Both the position numbers and the translations under genes were made by a program. A stretch of 64,000 bases of DNA. It comes from Mobula hypostoma (lineage: Eukaryota). Shown here one piece after another: positions 25,506-37,890 of this stretch (position 1 is its first letter; every line of letters begins with the position of its first letter). The stretch is from contig NC_086097.1 of NCBI RefSeq assembly GCF_963921235.1, positions 240,128,001 to 240,192,000 of the forward strand. Reading direction: 5' to 3'. The notes beneath the pieces were generated by a model that worked only from the letters and a program-made list of their open reading frames with translations, searched no databases and was not told the origin of the DNA.

Positions 25506-26256
25506 ATCAGAATGCAACTCAGTTGGTTCCATCAGATGCTGCTAGTCCAGTTCTCTCTTCACATCCTGATCCTGATATCTCATTAAGTAGTAATAGTCAG
25601 TGTACATCAATTATCCATCACATTCTTTATGGATACCTCACATTCAATATCCATCCCTAGTCAAATATTAGTGAGGACCATACAAGAAATACCAAACACG
25701 TTGACAGAAACAAATTTGTTATCTCTGGGTAAAAAAAAACACGGAAAACCCCCATGAACATTTTAAGAAAAGCCTGTAGCAATAATCCTTTTGCCTGTTA
25801 GTTAGCTGCCTGCTCTATCACTGCATATTCCTCAGAGGCCATCGAACAAAATACATGTCATAAAGGTTGGAGTAGTGGAGCTGATGGACCAGCCTTTCCC
25901 CTTCAAAGACAAATTAGGCAATTCATAAAGTGGGCTTTGATGTACCTGTACCAATTAGAGGATTCTGTTCTGACTGAAAACAGCAGACTGGGGATAAGAG
26001 ATAGAAATAATTGAACGTTTAGTTCTGCCACCTTTTATCTTTGCTGTGAAGTGCAGAATAGAAATCTGTAGCTGCCATCAACTTTGATACGCGCTCCTGA
26101 ACTATTTTCACATGTAGATCAGTAATGGTGATTTGTACTTGAATAGTTTGTCAAGATTGACATGGGATTTTCAGCCAATTTTTCATGCCATTGTCTGCAC
26201 ATGCAAATACGTATTCATGATGAATGTCAGGCTCTGAAATGAACAGCAGGAAATGC

Positions 26257-27792
26257 TGTGTCTATAAAAAGTTTTCATGTTTTGTTTTACAACATTGAAT
26301 CAGTGGATTTAATTTGATTTTTTAGACACTGATCAGCAGAAAACGCTCTTTCATGTCAAACAAAACAAATTTCTGCAAATCAGTCTAAATTTATTACATT
26401 TGTTAAATACAAAATAGTTGATTGCATAATTCCCCACCCCCTTCAAGTCAATATTTAGTAGATGCACCTTTGGCAATGATTACAAGCTTGAGTTTGTGTG
26501 GATAAACCTCTATCAGATTTGCACATCTGGACCCTGCAAGTTTTCCCCATTCTTCTTTACAAAATCACTCAAGCTCTGTCAGATTGCACGGGGATCGTGA
26601 ATGAACAACCCTTTTCAAGTTCAGCCACAAACTCTCAATTGCGTTGAGGTTTGGACTCTGACTTGGCCACTCCAGGGCATTAACTTTGTTGTTTTAAACC
26701 ATCCTTGTGTAGCTTTGGCTTTATGCTTGGGGTTATTGTCTTGCTGGAAAATAAATCTTCTCCCAAGAGCAGCAATTCTCTTGCAGACTGCCTCAGGTTT
26801 TCCTCCAGGATTTCATGTATTTTGCTGCATTCATTTTACCCTCCAACTTCACAAGCCTTCCCCACAGCATGATGCAGCCACCACCTTGCTTCTTGGTAGG
26901 TATGATGTGTTTTTGTTGATGTGCGGTGAACATAGCATTTCGTCTGATGGCTAAAAAGCTAAACTTTGGTTTCTTCAGACCATGGAACATGCTTCTAGCT
27001 GACTTCAGAGTCTCCCATATGCCTTCTGGCAAAATTTAGCTGAGATTTCATGTGAGTTTCTGTTTGCCGCTCTCCCACAAAGATGCAATCGGTGAAGCAC
27101 CTGGGCAACAGTTGCTGTACGTGCAGCCTCTCCCATCTCAGTCACTGAAGCTTGTAACTCCCCTAGAGTTGTCATAGGTCTCGTGGTGGCCTCCCTCACT
27201 AGTCCCCTTCTTGCATGATCACTTAGTCTTTGAGGACAGCCTGCTTTAGGCAGATTGACAGCTGGGCCATATTCTTTCCATTTCTTAATGATCAACTTAA
27301 CTGTACTCCAAGGGATTTTCAGTGACTTGGGCATTTTCTTGTATCTATTTCTAGATGTGCTTTTTAATAACTTTTTCACGGAGTTTCTTTGAGTGTTCTT
27401 TTGTCTCCATGATGTAGTTTTTGCCAGGATACTGACTCAACAGCAATTTATTGCAATCAATTGAAACACCTTGACTGCACATTGGTCATCTCCATTTAAC
27501 TAATTATGTGACTTCTAAAAACAACTGGCTGCACCAGAGATGATTTGGTGTGTCATATTAAAGCGGGGAGGAGGGTGAATACATATGCAATTGATTATTT
27601 TGTGTTTTATATTTGTAATCAATTTAGATCACGTTGTACAGATCTGTTTTCACTTTGACACAAATGAGTCTTTTTTTGCTGATCACTGACAAAAACAGCC
27701 TAATTAAATCCACTATGATTCAATGTGGTAAAACAATAAAACATGAAAACTTCATAGGGGCGGGAGGGGGAATACTTTTCAAACAGGCTCTG
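26257..27792 (-). mobile_element. Decayed Tc1-family transposon, same family as 1651-3196
   Basis: Colinear similarity to first copy; transposase remnants 26793-27379 (GGGCIMLWG). Confidence 0.85.
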
Positions 27793-28734
27793 TATTTCTT
27801 CTGTAATGTTATGCAAGAAACTAAGAGCAGGAGAGGTCATCTGGCTCCACAAGACTGTCCCAGAATTTGGTGTGATGAATTTATTGTCAAATTATGTATA
27901 CCATCCTGAGATTCATTTTCTTGCAGGCATTCAGATTTATGTATCAGGTGTATGTTGAAACTTGAAAGGAAATGTGTCATTTGCATTAACAGAATGTGTT
28001 GGTTGACAGCTTGCTATTTAAAATTACTTGAGTTATTTGTGTCAATGACCACATAGCCCAAGGATGGGAATGGCCCGCAAGTATCGCCATGCTTTTGACA
28101 CCAACATAGCATGCCCAAAATTTACTAACTCTAACCCATACATCTTTGGAGTGGATTTTCTCCGCATCTCCTCATCCGTGATGATTCCCCATTGCCCTCA
28201 TTTCTCTAATCATTCAAAGCGTATCCCTCCATCTTTGAATAGTCCCAACTCTCCACCGCTGTCAGGGATTTATCACTCACTTCAGGTTTAAATGCCACAG
28301 ATGGTTGTGGAGGCCAAGTCATTGGGTATACTTAAAGTTGGGTTCGTGATTAGTCAGGGTGTCAAAGATTACAGGGAGAAGGTAGGAGAATGGGATTGAG
28401 AGGGATAATAAACCAGCCATGGAATGACAGAGCAGACTTAATGGGCTGAATGGTATAATTCTACTTCTACTGTAAGTCTTATGATCTTATGGACTGTACC
28501 CTAATCTTGTAAATATGCTCCTTGTTTAAGATTTGAAGACAAATGGACATATTTCAATTCTGCATGGTCCATCCCCTTAAGGATCTTACAATATAAACCC
28601 CTCATTCTCTTAAGCACCAAAGTACAGGTATCTGATTTATCTTGCAGCTCAAGATTGATAAACCCCCTTATCACAGATATCAGTCACCTGAACCCCATTC
28701 TCTCTTGAGTATTTCAGATGGGAAGCTGAAGAGA

Positions 28735-29285
28735 ACCATGGCCTGGTATGGAAGCATCAATGCTCAGGAACGGAAAACTCTACAGAAAATGATGGGCATA
28801 GTCTAAACCATGATAAGCAAAGTCCTCCCTCTATCATTGAACACATTTACGGGGAGCACTGCCACAAGAAAGCAGTATCCCTCAAGGACCCCCACCATCC
28901 AAGGCCATGCACTCTCCTCATTACTGCCACTTGGCAGGAGGTATAGAAGTCTTAGATCACACATCACCAGGTTTAGGAACAGTTATTACCCTGCAACCAT
29001 CAGGGTCCCGAATCAGCATGGATAACTTCACTCACCATAACTCTGAACTAATTCTTTGAACTCACTTTCAAGGATGCCTTACAATTCAGGTTATCAGTGT
29101 TACTTTACTTGCACAATCTTGTCTTCTTTTGTATGCTGTTTGATAGTTATTCTTTATCCATTTATGTATAGATTATTTTTCATAAATTTCTACTGTATTT
29201 CTATTTCTTGTAGGCATTTACAGGCATGAATCTGACAGTACTATCTGATAACATATATGTGCTTTTAATAAATTTACTTTGAACT
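28735..29285 (+). mobile_element. Rex1/Babar 3' fragment
   Basis: GHALSSLLPLGRRYRSLRSHITRFRNSYYP. Confidence 0.75.
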
Positions 29286-29914
29286 TAAGTACTTACGTAT
29301 ATCATGGCCCAGGAATCTTCCTGGTTGGTGATAATCCCATCAGCATTTCTAGGTAATCCAGTGTTATTGTGCCCACCAGTGGAAGATTCATGACATGTCG
29401 ACGGGCACAAGAAGCAAAGACCAACTTCATCCCTAAACAAGGTGACACCCGTTGCTATAGGAACCAGAGGAGGTTATTGAGTTGTCAAGGTAATTCACCC
29501 AGTGCATGCTCTCTTCTCATTGCTACCATCCAGGAGGAGCTACAGAGGCATGAAAAGACACACTCAACATTTCAGGAACAGCTTCCTCCTCTCCACCATC
29601 GAATCACTGAATGGACAATAAACCCATGAACACTTCATCAGTATTATTTTTCCTCCTTTTTGCACTGCTTATTTAGACCATAAAACATTGGTGCAAGACT
29701 AAGCCGTTCATCTCATTGAGTCTGCTCCGCCATTTGATCATGGCTGATCGATTTCTCTCTCAATCCTATTCTCATGCCTTTTCTCCGTAACCTTTCACTT
29801 CCTGATTTATCAAGAATCTATCTACCTCCATCTTAAGTACACTCAATGACCTGGCCACCACAGCCTCCTGAATATATTGTGTAATTTACTGTAATTTATA
29901 GTTTTTGTTATGTA

Positions 29915-30490
29915 TGGTTCCCTAAGATTGTTATAGCCAGGAGTGGTAATGGGGACAAACTCCCACTACCTATTAAATGCTCCCAATGGCATGTGCCTCA
30001 CATAACCTCTGACAACCAAGCCCAGCTCCTGGCTTTCATGTGTGGCTTAGCTATGATGCTCAACGGAACCGTTTCCACTGACAGGAGAAGGAGAAAAGGT
30101 GGGTTACTGCTGTCTTAAAACCCGCTGCTTCGGGCAGATGGAGCTTGTCAGCCATGGTTGGCAGCTTATCTAGGAGAAGAAAAACTCTGATCTCAAGATA
30201 CCGCTGCCTTGCAGGTTTTCACTCTGTTGGGGAAGGTTTCAGGAGTATACTTCAAGGGAAAAGTCTGGAGCTGGAGTCCTTAAGGCAGTCCTCCGTTGAG
30301 TTCAGCACTGATTGGCAATTCCTGCGATGCTGCTGGTACCAAACTGTATCAGTCTCTGCCGTTCCTTTGGGTTCATCAAATGCGTGGAGGGAGTTTGCTA
30401 CATGGGTAACAGCTTGGTCTCCATATTGTACTGCCCAGGCTTGTGTACTAGACAGCTCGGACACATTATCCATGGTCGACCCTGACCAAC
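29915..30490 (+). mobile_element. Non-autonomous RTE-like element (copy 1)
   Basis: Colinear with 45899-46350; GGAGAAG.AAAACTCTGA motif seen in RTE-type 5' UTRs; no ORF. Confidence 0.55.
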
Positions 30491-31304
30491 AGGGGCCTCA
30501 TTACTGTGTATTGCAATGCACTGCCGCAGCAAAGCAACAGATTTCATGACATATGATGGTGGTATTGAACCTGATTCTGACTCTGATAATTCTACCATCT
30601 GTTCAGATGACGATGGCTGCTCTGCATTTCAGATTAATTTATCCACTTCTGAACCACATCGCAGGGTACCATAAGATCATAAAACATAACTGAATTAGAC
30701 CACTTGGCCCATTGGGTCTCCTCAGTGATTCCATGATGGCTGACTTAATATCGCTCTCAACCCTGTTCTCCTGCTTTATCCCCATAACCTTTAACACCCT
30801 TACCGATGAAGAACCTGTCAACCTCCACTTTAAATGTACCCAATGGCTTAGCCTCTACTGCCATCTGTGGCAATGAATTCCACAGATTCACCACCCTCTG
30901 GCTAAAGAAATCCATTCTCATCTGTTCTAAAGGGATGTTATTCTATTCTGAAACTGTGTCCTAGATTCACCTAGTAAAGGATACATTCCCTCCATATCTA
31001 CTCAGTCTAAGCCACACTCCACCAGAGAGAGTATCAGGCCACATTTGGAGTATTGTGAGCAGATTTGGGTCTCTTATCTTAGAAAGGATGTACTGGCATA
31101 GGAGAGGTTTCAGAGAAGGTTAATGAAAATAATTGCAGGAAAGAAAGAGTTAATGTTTGAGAATTATTTGATGGCTTTGGCCCTATACTAGCTGTAATTT
31201 AGAAGAATGATGAGGGACCTCATTGAAAGCCACCAAATATTGAAAGACAATTTATAAGATCTGATGAAGGGTCTTGCCTTGTATCATTAACTGTTTGGAT
31301 TTTA

Positions 31305-33730
31305 AAAAGACCATAATACACAGGAGCAGAAATGGGCCATTTGGCCCATCGAGTCTGCTCCACCATTCCATTATGACTGATTTATTACCCTTCTCAACTC
31401 CATTCTCTTGCTTCCTCTCCATGATCTTTGAGGTCCTGACTAATCAAGAAACTATCAATCTCTGCTTTAAATATACTCAATAATTTGGTCCCCACTGCTG
31501 TGTGTGGCAATGAATTTTTCAGTTTCACCACACTCTAGTTGAAGAAATTCTTCCTTTTCTCTGTTCTAAATGGATGTCTGTCTATTCTGAAGCTGTGCCC
31601 TTTGATCCTAGACTCCTCGACTATTGGAAACATCTTCTCCACTTCCAGTATATTAGACCTTTCAAAATTCGATAGGTTTCAATGAGAACCCTCTCGTTCT
31701 TTTAAATTTTAGTGAGTACAGGCTCAAGGCCATTAGACACTCCGAAATTAACCCTTTAATTCCCAGAATTATTCTTGTAAACCTCCCCGGACCGTCTCCA
31801 ATGCCAGCACATCTTTGCTTAGACAAGTGCTCAAAACTGTTCACAATACTCCAAGCACACTCTGGGCAATACTTTATAAAGCCTCAGTATCACATCCTTG
31901 CTCTTATATTCTAGTCCTCTTGAACCTGCAAGTTAACATTTCGGGAATCCTGCACCAGGACTCTCAAGTCCTTTTGCATCTCTGATTTTTGAATTTTCTC
32001 TCCCTTTAGAAAATAATCTATGCTTTTATTCCTTCTACCAAAGTGCATGACCATGCACTTTCCTACACTTTCTTCCATCTATTTGCCCATTCTCGAAATT
32101 TAAGTCCCCCTACAGACTTCCTGCTTCCTCAGCACCATCTTCTCCTCCACCTATCTTGGTATCATCTGCAAACTTGGCCACAAAGCCATCAATTCTGTTA
32201 GCCGTATCACTGACACAGTATAATGGTAAGATGGCAGTGTGCTCAGACACAGTCGCCCCTCTGGGTCCAATCAAAGATGGAATTGTTCATCTTCTATGTC
32301 TTTTTTTCATGATTGCAAGTCACTGCTGGATACCAAGAACTTCGAGTACTGCAGGACTATTCCATAGGTAAATTGCTTGATAGTGAGAGCTGAACTTATT
32401 TCATACTGTTGATTGTTGTCACCTGGACTTGTTGCATACCATTGTGCCAAGACAGTGCATGATCCAACAAACAGTGAGTGATTGTCTTGAAGGTTTTCAT
32501 TGTGATCACAAGAATCTGTTGGACATTGGTAACAGAATAGTGCAAGTCAGGTTCACTGCTTCATTGGTAAGGCCAATGGTAGTATTGCCTTCATTGAGGC
32601 AAGGTCTGTTGCAGCCACCCAGTGTCAGAGAGAGCAGGGGTATCTGTTGTGTGTGCTGGAACCTATAGTGGTTTGGGAGCTGGCACCTCCCATCAGTGCT
32701 ACCCTCTGTTCACTCGGTGCTGCCCTCCAGTGTTCGCTCAGTGGAAGAGTAACCAACACTAATCACTGGCAACCAATCAGAATGGGCCACCTTTATTCCC
32801 ACGCTTTGCCTCCTGCCAGTCAGCCAATCTCTATCCATGTTAGTATCTTTCCTGTAATACCATGGGCTCGTATCTTGTTAAACAGCCTCACGTGTAGCAC
32901 TCTGTCAAAGACCTTCATAAAATCCATGTAAACAACTCTCCTTTGTCTATCTTGCTTGTTATTTCCTCAAAGATTTGTAACAGATTTGTCAAGCAAGATT
33001 TTTCCTTGAGGAAACAATGCTGACAATGACCTATTTTATCACTTGCCTCTAAGTATCCCAAAACTTGATCCTTCATAATAGACCCCAATGCTTTTCCAAC
33101 CGCAAAGATCAGGCTAAGCTGCCTATAATTTCCTTTCTGTTCCCTCCCTTTTTAAAAAGTGGAGTCACACTTGAAATTTTCCAGTCCTCTGGAACCATTC
33201 CAGAAAATAGTGATTCTTGAATTCCACAGTCTTTTGGCTACCACTTTCAGAAGTCTAGGGTGTAGTCCAACTGATCCATGTGACTTATCTACCTTCAGAT
33301 CTTTCAGCTTCCCAAGCACCTTCTCCTTAATAATAGCAACTACACTAACTTCTGTTACCTGACACTAGAATTTCTGGCATACTGCTAGTTTCTTCCACAG
33401 TGAAGACTAGTGCAAAATACCTATTAAGTTCATCTGCCATTACTTTGTCCTCCTTTACTACCTCTCCAGTATCATCTGTCAGCATCTTACCTCTCTTAAT
33501 CTTCATCTATTTGAAAAAATCATTAGGTATCCTCTTTTATATTATTTGCTAGATTAATTTCACGTTTAATTTTTTATCCTTATTGCTTTCTAAGTTGCCA
33601 TTTTGATTATTAAAAACTTCCCAATCCTTTACCTTCCCATTAATTTTTGCCATATAATATGCCTTTTCTTTTGCTTTTACTTCCCTTTGTTACCTCATTC
33701 TCCGTTTCGAATACTTTTTCATTTTTGGAA
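31305..33730 (-). mobile_element. Decayed CR1 LINE with internal insert (~32225-32750, starts AAGATGGC)
   Basis: Minus-strand colinearity with CR1 copies at 12596 and 46395. Confidence 0.75.
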
Positions 33731-33739
33731 TAATCAGTT

Positions 33740-34878
33740 AACTCCAAGACCTGGGCCTCAATACCTTCTTGTGCAATTGGATCCTGGATTTCCTCCCCTG
33801 CAGACCCCAGTCAGTTTGGATTGGCAAAAAAAAATCTACTCCACGGTCTCCAACAGCACATCTGCACCACAGGGTTGTATGCTTAGCCCCCTGCTCTACT
33901 CACTTTACACCTATGACTGTGTGGCTAAGCACAGTTCCAACACCATAAGTTTGCTGATAACACCACTGTTGCGTGTCATATCAAAGGAGGTGATGAAGCA
34001 GCGTACAGGAAGGAGACTGAAAATTTGGTTGTGAGGTGTCATAACAACAACTCCTTAGTCAATATCAGCAAGACCAAGGAAGTGCTTGTAGACTTCAGGA
34101 GAGGGAAACCAGAGGTCCATGAGTCAGTCCTCATCAGTACATCAGAGGTGGAAATGGTGAGCAAATTTAAATTCCTGTGCGTTGTTTTCTCAGAGGACCC
34201 GTCCTGGACCCAGCATGTAAATGTAATTGCAAAGCAAGCATGACAGCACCTCTAATTGCTTAGAGTCTGTGGAGCTTTGGCGCAGCATCAAAAACTGACT
34301 AACTTCTGTAGGTGTGTAGTGGAAACTGTGCTGACCGGCTGCATTATGGCCTGGTATGGGAACACCAATGCCACTGAACAGAAAACCCTACACAAAGTAA
34401 TGGATTCAGCCAAGTACATCATGGGTAAATCTCTCTCATCCTTTGAGGACATCCACAGGAAAAACTGTGGTAGGAAAGCCGCATTCATCATCAAAAATTA
34501 CCACCCAGGCCATGCTGTCTTCTCTCTGCTGCCGCCATCAGGTAGAAGGTACAAGAGCCTCAGGGCTTGCACCTACAGATTCAAGAACTCTTGCTACCCC
34601 TCAGCCATCAGGCTCTTGAACAAAAATGGTTAACTACAGTCATCTATTGAGAGGTTCGCACAACAAATAATCTCACCTCAAGGACACTATCTTGTTATTT
34701 ATTATTTATATTTGCATTTGCACAGTTATTTGTCTTATACGTTCTACATGACTTTTCATTGATCCTGTTATAGTTACTATCCTATAGATTTGCCGATTAT
34801 GCCCACAGGAAAAAGAATCTCATGGTCGTATGTGATGACATGTACGTAATTTGATTATAAATTTTACTTTGAACTTTG
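33740..34878 (+). mobile_element. Rex1/Babar LINE 3' fragment
   Basis: [44 protein letters not shown] motifs. Confidence 0.85.
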
Positions 34879-35719
34879 TATCTACCCACCTTCCGAAATG
34901 CCCCCTGAAACTCCAGCCATCGCTGTTCTGCTGTCATCTCTTTCTAATCAACTCTGGCCAGCTCATCTCTCATGCCTCTGTAATTCTCCTTACTCCACTG
35001 TAATTCTGATGCATCTGACTTTATCTTCCCCCTCTCAAACTATAGGGTGAATTCTATCATATTGTGATTACTCACTCCTAATGGTTTCTTTACCTTAATC
35101 TCTCTAATCAAACCTGTTTTATTCCCCATCTATTGTTGCTCCTTCACTTGTTTAGTTCCTCCAGCACTTTGTGTTTTGCTCATGATTTCCAGCATCTCTA
35201 GAATCTCGTTTTCAATCCATGCTGTGACTTTTTCGAACATGCTTGTGATGCCTCATGCACTAAAATGAATGTAGTTTAACTGAGCATCATTTTGTCAAAT
35301 TTTGCTGTTCACTGGCTATGCTGATTACTAAACTTTCTTGTGTTGGCCACAACTTTGTGTCATATTTTGCTCCTTCTCAGAATCCCATTACTACAACCTC
35401 CACTCCCTGCAAATATCATTTAAACCCTCACATATAGCACTAGCAAATTTCCCTGCAAGCATACTGCACCTTTTCTGGTTGAAGTGCAACTTGTCACTCC
35501 TGTACAGGTCACCCCTGCTCCAGAATAGATTCCAATGATCCAAAAACCTGTCTCTCTACTCTTCCCCCACCCCACCCCCAACCCCTCACTCCCAGACCAG
35601 CACCATAGCCACACATTCATCTGGCCTATTTTTTTTATTTCTGACTTCACCAGCACATGACACTTGGAATAATTCAAAGATCTCAAGTCTCAAGGTCCTG
35701 CTTCTTACCTTCTTACAGA

Positions 35720-37339
35720 CAGTTGAAGTCAGAAGTTTACATACAGCTTAGCCAAATACATTTAAACTCAGTTTTTCACAATCCCTGATATTTAATCTCA
35801 GAAAACATTCCCTGTCTTAGGTCAGTTAGGATCACTACTTTATTTTAAGAATGTGAAATGTCAGAATAATAGTAGAGAGAATGATTTATTTCAGCTTTTA
35901 TTTCTTTCATCACTTTCCCAATTGGTCAGAAGTTTACATACACATTGGTAGTATTTGGTAGCATTGCCTTTAAATTGTTCATCTTGGGTCAGACATTTTG
36001 GATAGCCTTCCACAAGCTTCTCACAGTAAGTTGCTGGAATTTTGTTCCATTCCTCCAGACAGAACTGGTGTAACTGAGTCAGGTTTGTAGGCCTCCTTGC
36101 TCGCACACGCTTTTTCAGTTCTGCCCACACATTTTCTATTGGATTGAGGTCAGGGCTTTGTGATGGCCACTCCAATACCTTGACTTTGTTGTCCTTAATC
36201 AATTTTGCCACAACTTTGGAGGTATGCTTGGGGTCATTGTCCATTTGGAAGACCCATTTGCGATGGAGCTTTAATTTCCTGGCTGATGTCTTGAGATGTT
36301 GCTTCAATATATCCACATAATTTTCCTTCGTCAAGATGCCATCTACTTTGTGTAGTGCACCAGTCCCTTCTGCAGCAAACCACCCCCACAACATGATGCC
36401 GCCACCCCCATGCTTCACGGTTGGCATGCTGTTCTTCGGCTTGCAAGCCTCACCCTTTTTCCTCCAAACATAACGATGATGATTATGGCCGAACAGTTCA
36501 ATTTTTGTTTCATCAGACCAGAGGACATTTCTCCAAAAAGTAAGATCTTTGTCCCCATGTGCACTTGCAAACTGTAGTCTGGCTTTTTTTTTATGGCAGT
36601 TTTGGAGCAGTGGCTTCTTCCTTGCTGAGCAGCCTTTCAGGTTATGTTGATATAGGACTCGTTTTACTGTGGATATAGATACTTGTCTACCTGTTTCCTC
36701 CAGCATCTTCACAAGGTCCTTTGCTGTTGTTCTGGGATTGATTTCTTGCCAAAGTACATTCATCTCTAGGAGACAGAATTCATCTCTTTCCTGAGTGGTA
36801 TGACAGCTATGTGGTCCCATGGTGTTTATACTTGCGTACTATTGTTTGTATAGATGAACGTGGTACCTACAGGCGTTTGGAAATTGCTCGCAAGGATGAA
36901 CCAGACTTGACATCGTTTTCTGACCTGAATCTGATAGAAAATTTGTGGGCAAAACTGAAAAAGCATGTGTGAGCAAGGAGGCCTACAAACCCGACTCAGT
37001 TACATCAGTTCTGTCTGGAAGAATGGAACAAAATTCCAGCAACTTATTGTGAGAAGCTTGTGGAAGGCTACCCAAGTTAAACAATTTAAAGACAATGCTA
37101 CCAAATACTAACAAAGTGTATGTAACCTTCTGACCCACTGGGAAAGTGATGAAAGAAATAAAAGCTGAAATAAATCATTCTCTCTACTATTATTCTGACA
37201 TTTCACATTCTTAAAATAAAGTAGTGATCCTAACTGACCTAAGACAGGGAATGTTTTCTGAGATTAAATATCAGGGATTGTGAAAAACTGAGTTTAAATG
37301 TATTTGGCTAAGGTGTACGCAAACCTCTGGCTTCAACTG
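35720..37339 (-). mobile_element. Sleeping Beauty-like Tc1 element with two right IR/DR ends
   Basis: CAGTTGAAGTC...CTTCAACTG|TA; 35720-36153 is inverted-duplicated at 36920-37339; both ends match the SB right IR/DR as I recall it. Confidence 0.92.
35891..36910 (-). pseudogene. Sleeping Beauty-like DD34E transposase, N-terminus deleted and disrupted, catalytic domain open
   Basis: INPRTTAKDLVKMLEETG...VLWSDETK...FQMDNDPKHT...SPDLNPIEN...KGNATKY; upstream KSGSSLRAISKRL*VPRSS has stops and a frameshift. Confidence 0.93.
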
Positions 37340-37890
37340 TAGCTGACTACTTGAATGGTAAATCCTACAAAAAGCAGTAGGTACCGCCCAGTTCATCGCA
37401 CGTAAGGCCCTCTCCACCACTGCGCACATCTGCATGGACAATGTCGCGTTGCAGGAACGCAGTGTCTATCAACAAGAACTCCCTCATGCTCTCTTCTCAT
37501 TGTTACCGTCAGGAGGAAATAGAAATGAATTGACTTTATTACTTACATCCTTCACATACATGAAGAGTAAAAATCGTTACATTAAGTCTTCATCTAAATG
37601 TGCAATTTAAAGTAATTTGTAATAAATAGTATGTACAACAGGACAGGCAATATAACATAGAAATACAGTTATATCTGCATGAGTTAATCAGTCTGATGGC
37701 CTGGTGGAAGAAGCTGTTCTGGAGCCTGTTGGTCCTGTTTCCTGGATTATACCAGCTGGAGCAGTTAGTGGCTGGGGTGATCCTTTGGGCTTTTTTTTTA
37801 ACTTACACACAAGTCTTTGTAAATGTCCTGAATAGTGAGAAGTTCACATCTACTGGGCAGTCTGCACCACTCTCTGCAGAGTCCTGCGAT

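Noticed and set aside
35714..35719. TACAGA at the left end of the SB-like element resembling a TACAGTA excision footprint
   Set aside because: Imperfect and too short; a point mutation of TA explains it equally well
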